32,000 bases of DNA from Planctopirus limnophila DSM 3776 (GTDB lineage Bacteria; Planctomycetota; Planctomycetia; Planctomycetales; Planctomycetaceae). The stretch is taken from assembly GCF_000092105.1 (NCBI RefSeq), contig NC_014148.1, positions 4,230,001 through 4,262,000 of the forward strand. The letters are read 5' to 3'. Positions 25,255 to 32,000 of the stretch are shown here, piece by piece. Position 1 is the first letter of the stretch, and every line of letters starts with the position of its first letter. The translations under genes and the position numbers were made by a program. The notes beneath the pieces are model-generated. The model did no database searches. It had not been told where the DNA came from and saw only the letters and a program-made list of their open reading frames with translations.

Positions 25255-25794
25255 TCAGACCAGCGATTCGCTGGCATCGCTGGTGGATTTGGCCGGATCC
25301 TTCTCAATGGGGACACCAATCATCTGGCCACTGTAGACCATCTTCTGGCCCACAAAGCCCTGAAAATCAAATTCGGCCCGCTTGCCAGTTCTCAGTCGAG
25401 TCAGCTTCGCCATAATCAGAAGGCGATCTCCGGGCACGACTGGCGCACGGAAACGAACTTCGTTCATACCACCAAAGCCCAGGAAATCACCATCCAGCAG
25501 ACGGTATTTTCGGGCATAAAAGCCAGCCAATTGGGCCGCACATTCGCAAAGAATCACTCCGGGCATCAGGGGGAAGCCAGGCATGTGGCCGCGCACCCAG
25601 AACTCCTGGTCAGTCACTTGCTTGTAGCCGATGATGCCGTGCCCCTCAGTATCGACATACAGAATGGACGTGAGCTGCTCCATTTCGAACCGCTGGGGGT
25701 TAATCTCCCGAATCTGTTCGAGGGTAAAAATGGGGCGGTCGAAATCAACCAGGTCCATGCTGTAGATGGATGGTGCGGGCATCGCGAAACTCAC
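25255..25794 (-). CDS. FabZ-like 3-hydroxyacyl-ACP dehydratase (hotdog fold)
   Basis: The active-site region GHMPGFPLMPGVILCECAAQLAGF matches the family pattern HFPxxPvmPGVLxxEaxAQ, with His and Glu present. The N-terminal INPQRFEMEQL is equivalent to the LPHRYPFLLVD segment but diverged. The start is ambiguous: GTG 25794, ATG 25782 or ATG 25758. Confidence 0.8.
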   Translation of the reverse strand: MSFAMPAPSIYSMDLVDFDRPIFTLEQIREINPQRFEMEQLTSILYVDTEGHGIIGYKQVTDQEFWVRGHMPGFPLMPGVILCECAAQLAGFYARKYRLLDGDFLGFGGMNEVRFRAPVVPGDRLLIMAKLTRLRTGKRAEFDFQGFVGQKMVYSGQMIGVPIEKDPAKSTSDASESLV

Positions 25795-25873
25795 TATCCG
25801 TTGAAAATCTGCCAGAATTAATCCAGTTCCCTTCCTTGCGAAGAGATCTGGACTAAAGAAATTACTCGATCGA

Positions 25874-26806
25874 CTAAGCCATAATGTCCAGAATCTGACG
25901 GGGATTCGTCAAGAGTCGGTCAGGTTTCTTCGCGGGATCTCGAAAATCTTCGTTGGAAGCGATCAATCCTGACTTTTCTACAGCGTACAGAATTGTCTTG
26001 AAATGACAGGTTTTCGCGGCCGCCAGAACTGGCATACGGGAGCTGATCATGGCGACACGATCCGACTCAAGTCCATGGGATTGCAGGCTTTTCGCGAATT
26101 TCTCCCAGAAACCCGGAGCTGTAGCCCGCATGCCCGTTTGCCAGGAAAGCTGTCCCCAGTTTTCTTTGAGGGTGGCAATGGATGCTGACTTCCTCAACAT
26201 GCCCAGAGTCACTTGATCGACAGTAAAAGGTTGTCCATCTCCTGCCAGAGTCTGAGAAATCGGTGACAGTTCGAAGGCCCGGGCGATATCTTCCGTCACT
26301 TCCCAGCCCTGTAAAGACGCTTGAAAGAACCAGGCAATTTTCAAACTCAGTTCATCCAGATCGCCATAGATCGATTCGTCGTAGCTGTAACTCTTCTGTT
26401 CGAGCTTCCCCAGGACTTTTCGCCAGTAACTGGCCATATTCGGGTCCGGTGTTTCCCCCTTTTTGACTTTGGCCTGCAGTTTCGAGTCTTCGACAATCTT
26501 CTGATAGATCTGCCAGAGATACTCCCATGGCGCGCCAGGTTTGCGCGTCATGCTGTTCCACATATTGAACTCTTTGAGCGTTTTATCGAGGGCGATCTCC
26601 ATACGCAGCATTTGCGGCACAATGGGTTCCAACTGGCCATCGGCAATCCGGATCAGCGTCCCATAAGGATCCCATGCAAGGAGCTTAACCCCCACCAGAG
26701 GCTTGATCGCAGGCGTCGCTTTGATCTCCTCGATTTTGGGAGGAGCCGGCCACCTTCGCGACGGATCATCGAGCATCTGCATGTACTGAAGCAGCGATTT
26801 CGCCAT
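25874..26806 (-). CDS. HAD-superfamily protein, haloacid-dehalogenase-like subtype (uncertain)
   Basis: KLLAWDPYGTLI resembles the DxYGTL nucleophile motif of L-2-haloacid dehalogenase-type HAD enzymes, where Tyr replaces the second Asp. The C-terminal VAMISSRMPVLAAAKTCHFKTI resembles their SS-containing motif IV region. The first ATG is at 26806; the track start at 26812 is TTG. Confidence 0.45.
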   Translation of the reverse strand: MAKSLLQYMQMLDDPSRRWPAPPKIEEIKATPAIKPLVGVKLLAWDPYGTLIRIADGQLEPIVPQMLRMEIALDKTLKEFNMWNSMTRKPGAPWEYLWQIYQKIVEDSKLQAKVKKGETPDPNMASYWRKVLGKLEQKSYSYDESIYGDLDELSLKIAWFFQASLQGWEVTEDIARAFELSPISQTLAGDGQPFTVDQVTLGMLRKSASIATLKENWGQLSWQTGMRATAPGFWEKFAKSLQSHGLESDRVAMISSRMPVLAAAKTCHFKTILYAVEKSGLIASNEDFRDPAKKPDRLLTNPRQILDIMA

Positions 26807-26924
26807 ATTCAACCGAAAAAACTGAATGAAGAGTGTCTTGTCACGATCGTCGAGAGGGGTCTCATAAAAGCTGACATCGATCGAGATCTCAGAAACTGCA
26901 AGCGTTGTGATTCACCGAGAAATG

Positions 26925-27983
26925 CTATTTCCCGAGCCAGCGAACTTTGTAGACCCCCAGCTTACCTAATGGAATCTGAGTGATGCCCACCGGGGGTTGC
27001 GCTTCGATACGGATCGATTCCTGACCAGCTTCAGTCATCGTGATGGAAACAGGCTGGGTGAACAGACCCATCGAGTGGCTCCACCAATGTTCGTCACTCG
27101 CTTGCACGAACAAAGTTTCCAGTTGCTGGCCCTCCCGCCGAAAACTGACACATTTCATGTGCTGATAATCACCCAGAACGGGATGCTTGCGAAATGACTT
27201 TGTGTTCCGGTCGAAAAGATAGACATGATCGTGAGTTGTAATACTCAGATCCCGGGAATCGGGAACAGGTTGCAGATCATGCCCCCCTTCATCGGGAAGC
27301 GGATTGGTTTCATCGAGACGCAGTGAACATTTGCCATCGCCATCAGTCGTTAACTCGTAGCAATTCAATTCGCGAAAACCGACGGCATAAAGCCTCTGCC
27401 GCTGATGATCCCAGACCACGCCATGTGCCGAATACAGCGGGGTCTCAGCCAGCGGCTCATCCCCTTTCGCCAGATCGAAAACCACCAGTTTATTACCAGC
27501 TTTGGCGGTACTGGCCGCCACTACCACTCGATTGCTTGGCAAGGGTTCAATCGAATGGGCATTCGCGACCGTGGCTGACCACAGGACAGTCCCTGTGGGA
27601 ACTTGAGGCGTCGCCACCCTTTGAATCAAGGCACAGCCACCACCCGACGAAGTGACCAGCAACTGCTTCCCGCCATCCACCAGCTTGATTTCATCCGTTG
27701 TGCCAAACTGCTTCTGCCGCACAACTGGCAACTCCTCGCGACCACTCGCTTTCCAACTCCAGAGTGGGGGAGGAAGTGCCGACTGAGCTTCATCGACAGA
27801 AACCTTGTTCAGATCGAACAGGGCGATTTCCGCAAAACCGGCTGTGAAGATCTGCCGAATTGGATTTTCCGCAGCGGGCTGATCATTGGCCGACAGGCTT
27901 TCAAAAAAACCACAAAAACCTACCACAAAACAAGTTACAAAAAACAAACAGGTCATCCCCTGGAATCGAAACTCAGATTTCAT
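26925..27983 (-). CDS. Secreted or periplasmic hypothetical protein (beta-rich, possibly propeller-like)
   Basis: ATG at 27983 has AAGGA 7 nt upstream. The N-terminal Phe-rich hydrophobic signal-like segment is MTCLFFVTCFVVGFCGFFESLSA. I recognised no family. Confidence 0.55.
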   Translation of the reverse strand: MKSEFRFQGMTCLFFVTCFVVGFCGFFESLSANDQPAAENPIRQIFTAGFAEIALFDLNKVSVDEAQSALPPPLWSWKASGREELPVVRQKQFGTTDEIKLVDGGKQLLVTSSGGGCALIQRVATPQVPTGTVLWSATVANAHSIEPLPSNRVVVAASTAKAGNKLVVFDLAKGDEPLAETPLYSAHGVVWDHQRQRLYAVGFRELNCYELTTDGDGKCSLRLDETNPLPDEGGHDLQPVPDSRDLSITTHDHVYLFDRNTKSFRKHPVLGDYQHMKCVSFRREGQQLETLFVQASDEHWWSHSMGLFTQPVSITMTEAGQESIRIEAQPPVGITQIPLGKLGVYKVRWLGK

Positions 27984-28438
27984 GATGATCCTTACCGACA
28001 CGACAACATCCGGCCCAGACAAAAGCCAAAGGGCGTTTGATCGACTTGTCTCGTCGAGTCCTGCCTCAGACAATTTGTGCTTTAAGTCCTGAAATGAAAA
28101 GTATTTATGAAGGATCTAACTTCACAAAAACACCCGCAGTCCCTATCTTAGCGTAAAAAGACCTGCGGATGGACTGGAAATCTCTGGGAACGCAGAAAGG
28201 TCCACAACAGGAAGGTCCGCAAAGGGACAGGGGCGCTTCAATTCACTGGCACGCATAGACTGTCTGTTTTACCCAGGTTACAGCGATGCCAGTTTCCGAG
28301 ACGTCGAAATGCCGAACATGTCTTCCTCTAGTTGTTTAAGTAAGCTAAGACAGTGTTATCCAACCGGCCGCGTCGCCAGTCATCAACACTTCGTGATGGG
28401 AAGATCTTTTAGAGATTTGACCAACAGGAAATTCGGGC

Positions 28439-31342
28439 ATGAGCAGTAATTTCTTCGACCGTCGCGACCCTTGGGGCCACGGATACGGAGTTTACATTTT
28501 TCTGCTGATGCTGTTTCTGATTCCACCAGCCTTGTGGGGTCTCAAACAGACAAACCTGCAGAATGACGTCGAAAACTGGCTCCCTTCTGACGACCCACAA
28601 CTGAAGATCCTTAAGTGGGCTCATTCACGTTTCCCAGTCGAAGATCGCATCTTCATCACCTGGGATTCGAGTTCCCTCAGCGATCCTCGCATTGCACGCC
28701 TCGCCCAAAAACTCGAGGGGGTGGCTGATGCCGAAGGGATTCGTCGTGATGGCATGAGCTGCATCTCCCGGGTTGTCCAGCCCGGAACAGTCTTGCGATC
28801 CATGATTGAAAACGGGGTCGAATTTCATGAAGCCGTTCGCAGGCTCGAAGGCACGATCATCGGTGCCGGGCCACTCAAGCTGCGGCTGACACCCGAAGGC
28901 CGCAATCGCTTGCGGACAACGGAACGTCAGCTCGCCGAAGCGATTCGCGAAAAATTCCACATTGACGTGACGATCCAGCCTGCGATGTCGGATGCGGTTT
29001 CAGCAGCGACGTTAGCTTCTGTTTCCGTCGAAGCTTCCACACCTTCACAGGTGACCATGGCCAAAGCGGAAGCTGTGGATCAGGAAGCGGCCAACGTCCT
29101 CGCGACAGCCGTTGATGTAGACGGAACCGAACCAGCCACAACTCCGACGATTCTTTCACCGCAAGGTGAACTTCTGGAAGATGCCTCTCACGCCCACGAT
29201 TTACAAATCTCCTGGAATGGTCTGCGACTCGGTCATCCACAAACCATCGAAATTGCCGAGTGGCTCACCAGCCTCCAGAGTAAGCCCACGCGACCCAATG
29301 AAGTGGTTCACCCCCTCGTTGAGCAGGCGTTCTTCATTCCAGGTTCTCCCGTCGCTCTGGCTGTGAGTCTTTCCGAAGCCGGCACAGCCGATCGTAAAGG
29401 GACACTTGCTGCCATTCGGCAAGCGGTCCTTTCTTCAGGTGTTCGCGAAGAGGAAATGCATATCGGCGGCTCGGCTGTCGTGGGGACAGAACTCAATGGC
29501 GCTGTCTCCCGCGCTGCCTGGGATGAGTCTCAGCCGTGGCGATTCCCGCATCGAAAATCAGTTCTGCTGTTTTCCGCTCTGGTAGGAACAGCCCTCGCGT
29601 TTGTCATGCTCAAACGCGTCAGTCAGACGCTGATTGTCCTGTTTGTGTCGATGTACGTTCCCTTTCTGACGACTGCCATTGTTCCTGTTACTGGTGGCAG
29701 CATGAACATGGTGCTGGTCGTCATGCCATCTCTGCTGATGGTCCTGACACTTTCCGGTGCGATCCATATTGTCAATTACTACAACAAGTGCGCAGAAACC
29801 AATCCTTCGCTCGCACTTTCCGAAGCCTTTCGACATGCCGCCATGCCCTGCTTTTTAGCAGCTCTGACAACCGCCATTGGCCTGTTATCCCTCGTGACCA
29901 GTCCACTCTCTCCCGTGCGGGATTTTGGCATCTATTCTGCAATTGGGATGGTCGTTTCACTCGGCATGATTGTCTACGGCGTACCATCGCTGTTACAGCT
30001 CTGGCCCGATAAGGTGGCTCCCACAGCCGAGACAAACTCGAATGCCTGGCGCTGGCTGGGCAACAAGCTCGCCACGGGTACCAACCTTCAGTTAGCTGCC
30101 TGTCTCGCACTGAGTTTAGTCGCAAGTTACGGCCTCATTTTCTTCCGGACCGAAACCAAGGTCATTCGTTACTTCCCAGAGTCATCACGTGTCGTACAGG
30201 ACTATCGCGCGATTGAAAATCATTTGGCGGGGATCACGCCGGTCGAAGTGATTGTTCGCTTCGATGATGCCGCCCAGCAGCAGACCAACTTTCTGGAACG
30301 CATGGAAGCGGTTCGAGAAGTTGAGGCCCATATCAAGCGGCACCCGGAAATCAGCGGTGCTGTGGGGCTGGCCGACTTTCTGCCCGTGAGTGAGAAGCCC
30401 GAAGCCAATGCCTCCGTCCTGGCAAATGCGCGTTACAACAAACGCGCAAATACGATCGAGCAGAAAATTCGAGATAGTGAAATTCCCGGCTCAGCCTCCT
30501 TCTACACGATGGCCGAATCAGGTCAGGATCTCTTCACTCCCGGTGATTACAAACTCAATCGTCCTGGCGACGAGTTGTGGCGCATCACCGCACAGGTCTC
30601 CATTCTCTCACCCATCGACTATGTGCAGGTCGTCGATTCTCTCAATGGCACCACGCAGGAAATTTTGAAACTACACCCCGGTGCCATGCACGTCGTGACG
30701 GGCACTGCTCCGCTGTTTTTAAGAACTCAGCAGGCTGTGCTGGAAAGTCTCATTTCCAGCTTCGGGCTCGCTTTTGTGCTGATTCTGGCTGTGATGGTGA
30801 TCTTGCTGAAAAACTTCATGGCCGGCCTGGTTTCGATGATCCCCAATGTCCTGCCCATTACCATCGTCTTTGGGCTCATGGCCTGGTTTGGACAGCGGGT
30901 CGATATCGGCTCCATGATCACTGCCTCAGTCGCACTGGGGATTGCCGTCGATGGCACACTCCATTACATCGCCTGGTTCCAGAAGCAGATGCTGGCCGGC
31001 CAAACCCGCAAAGAAGCAGCGATTCGAGCACTCGAACATTGCGGCCCCGCCATCTGGCAAACCAGCGTCGCAGTGAGTCTCGGCCTGCTGGTGCTTATGC
31101 CCTCGGAACTGCTGCTGATCAGCCGGTTTGGCTGGTTGATGGCCGCCCTGGTCGCCGTCGCCATGCTTGGCGATCTGATTCTGTTGCCCCTCTTAATGCT
31201 GTCACCCATTGGAAAAATTCTGGAACCAGTCGCGTCAGCAGAAACACAGGAGATTCTCGAAGCCATCGAGCCAGACACCCTGCCAGTAGCCGCCACCACC
31301 ATGCGCCTGGCACCCGTGATCACACCATCGGATTCCCGATAA
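28439..31342 (+). CDS. RND-superfamily exporter of the MMPL/HpnN-like (COG1033-type) class
   Basis: This 967-aa protein has two homologous halves, each with one TM, a large soluble loop and a 5-TM bundle. Examples are ...LLMVLTLSGAIHIVNYY... and ...SVALGIAVDGTLHYIAWF.... ATG is at 28439. Confidence 0.85.
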   Translation: MSSNFFDRRDPWGHGYGVYIFLLMLFLIPPALWGLKQTNLQNDVENWLPSDDPQLKILKWAHSRFPVEDRIFITWDSSSLSDPRIARLAQKLEGVADAEGIRRDGMSCISRVVQPGTVLRSMIENGVEFHEAVRRLEGTIIGAGPLKLRLTPEGRNRLRTTERQLAEAIREKFHIDVTIQPAMSDAVSAATLASVSVEASTPSQVTMAKAEAVDQEAANVLATAVDVDGTEPATTPTILSPQGELLEDASHAHDLQISWNGLRLGHPQTIEIAEWLTSLQSKPTRPNEVVHPLVEQAFFIPGSPVALAVSLSEAGTADRKGTLAAIRQAVLSSGVREEEMHIGGSAVVGTELNGAVSRAAWDESQPWRFPHRKSVLLFSALVGTALAFVMLKRVSQTLIVLFVSMYVPFLTTAIVPVTGGSMNMVLVVMPSLLMVLTLSGAIHIVNYYNKCAETNPSLALSEAFRHAAMPCFLAALTTAIGLLSLVTSPLSPVRDFGIYSAIGMVVSLGMIVYGVPSLLQLWPDKVAPTAETNSNAWRWLGNKLATGTNLQLAACLALSLVASYGLIFFRTETKVIRYFPESSRVVQDYRAIENHLAGITPVEVIVRFDDAAQQQTNFLERMEAVREVEAHIKRHPEISGAVGLADFLPVSEKPEANASVLANARYNKRANTIEQKIRDSEIPGSASFYTMAESGQDLFTPGDYKLNRPGDELWRITAQVSILSPIDYVQVVDSLNGTTQEILKLHPGAMHVVTGTAPLFLRTQQAVLESLISSFGLAFVLILAVMVILLKNFMAGLVSMIPNVLPITIVFGLMAWFGQRVDIGSMITASVALGIAVDGTLHYIAWFQKQMLAGQTRKEAAIRALEHCGPAIWQTSVAVSLGLLVLMPSELLLISRFGWLMAALVAVAMLGDLILLPLLMLSPIGKILEPVASAETQEILEAIEPDTLPVAATTMRLAPVITPSDSR

Positions 31343-31492
31343 CCATCGCCTGCCTGATCTGCATCGACTCATTCAGAATTAGAAATCAAGTCAGGAAAGC
31401 GATGCCGGTTTGGGAATCTTTCTCATGAAGCTCGACAATCAGCCACGCTAGCAGATACCGAAATTCGTAACTCAGGGCCAACTCCAGCATGC

Positions 31493-31522
31493 CACTGCTG
31501 GCTTGCCAGCAGTGCTCCTTTT
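31493..31522 (+). terminator. Candidate intrinsic terminator downstream of the RND exporter gene
   Basis: CACTGCTGG (31493-31501) and CCAGCAGTG (31506-31514) form a perfect 9-bp stem with a CTTG loop, followed by CTCCTTTTAC. An upstream CCAGCA (31485-31490) could form an alternative stem with TGCTGG. Confidence 0.4.
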
Positions 31523-31765
31523 ACTGGGGAGTAATACAACCCCTGATACGATCACGCGCTGCGTCACATGCTTTGGGGTATGCTTGCCAATCGGACACTT
31601 ACAGGATGTCACAAGTTGTCCGTCTGCGGGCGATGTGTATGCAGTAGGACGGGAGGTTTCGTTGTCCATGAGACCTGCCGTTTGAGTTTCTGGAGATTTC
31701 CAGTAAGACTTTCTCAGAGTGGCGGGGTGGCCCAGACGTGGCTTTGAACGTCTGGGTGACGACAG

Positions 31766-32000
31766 TCACAAGAAATACTCTGCAAACCCCGGCTTCGTGA
31801 CAATAGGGTGCATGATACAACCCTCCCGCTCCATCCGCTCGCAGTGCTCGTGAAATTGTCGCAGGCTAGCACTCAAAAACAAACAATAAGCACCGACCCC
31901 TTTGATTTGCTCAGACGGTTTCGACCAATCGTTGTCAATAGGCCCATCGGAACATGAATCACCCGGCAGCTTGGAACAACCCGGCAAGTCTCTCGCTGCA
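31766..32000 (-). CDS. 3' end of a gene that starts beyond the right edge of the window (unknown function)
   Basis: The minus-strand frame is open from base 31999 to the stop at 31766. The track's 'M' at 31987 is a TTG, and upstream codons read A-A-R-D with no stop. I recognised no family. Confidence 0.3.
   Translation of the reverse strand, partial: AARDLPGCSKLPGDSCSDGPIDNDWSKPSEQIKGVGAYCLFLSASLRQFHEHCERMEREGCIMHPIVTKPGFAEYFL

Noticed and set aside
31472-31669. A 65-aa minus-strand ORF (MDNETSRPTAY...) and neighbouring 60-73-aa ORFs, considered as a frameshifted pseudogene together with the right-edge ORF
   Set aside because: The frames are not contiguous, there are no recognisable motifs, and no homology search was possible. 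It is left unannotated.
1-32000. CRISPR arrays, transposases or integrases, phage genes, toxin-antitoxin pairs and known defence-system signatures
   Set aside because: None was recognised by eye on either strand. The only direct repeats are the short ones reported. The Uma2-like gene is solitary and not evidence of a defence island.

Overview
This looks like a chromosomal segment from a moderately GC-rich bacterium. The gene style suggests Planctomycetota: a rhomboid-TPR fusion, Pro-rich putative lipoproteins, long linkers in pilus proteins, and many GTG/TTG track starts with weak Shine-Dalgarno (SD) sites. That attribution is inference only. I support about 24 protein-coding genes. I recognised no rRNA, tRNA, CRISPR array, transposase, integrase or known defence genes.

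Layout:
- 22-1278 (+): rhomboid protease.
- 17049 down to 1557 (-): one long co-directional run. It starts with an 11-kb type IV pilus / T2SS-like locus: 3 prepilin-type proteins, a giant PilX/GspK-like protein, PilM, PilN, a PilO-like protein, a GspC/PilP-like protein and a secretin. Housekeeping genes queG, a cupin gene, dapB and nadE follow.
- Divergent from the pilus locus (+): an ABC-exporter-fold protein whose nucleotide-binding domain has lost Walker A, the Q-loop and the H-loop, then a single-domain KaiC/RecA-like ATPase. This pair is my best candidate for something undescribed.
- Further right: rmlD (-), a Uma2-family nuclease-like gene (+), a Pro-rich putative lipoprotein (+), trmB (-), a FabZ-like dehydratase (-), a haloacid-dehalogenase-like HAD protein (-), a secreted hypothetical (-), an MMPL/HpnN-type RND exporter (+), and a partial ORF at the right edge.

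Small-scale structure worth noting:
- a 14-bp hairpin with AGGAG repeats in the pilus-operon leader
- a long palindrome between rhomboid and nadE
- two adjacent sets of 15-bp direct repeats upstream of trmB
- an in-frame 18-bp tandem repeat in the secretin gene
- two unexpectedly large non-coding gaps inside the pilus locus

All functional calls come from motif recognition by eye. No searches were run.
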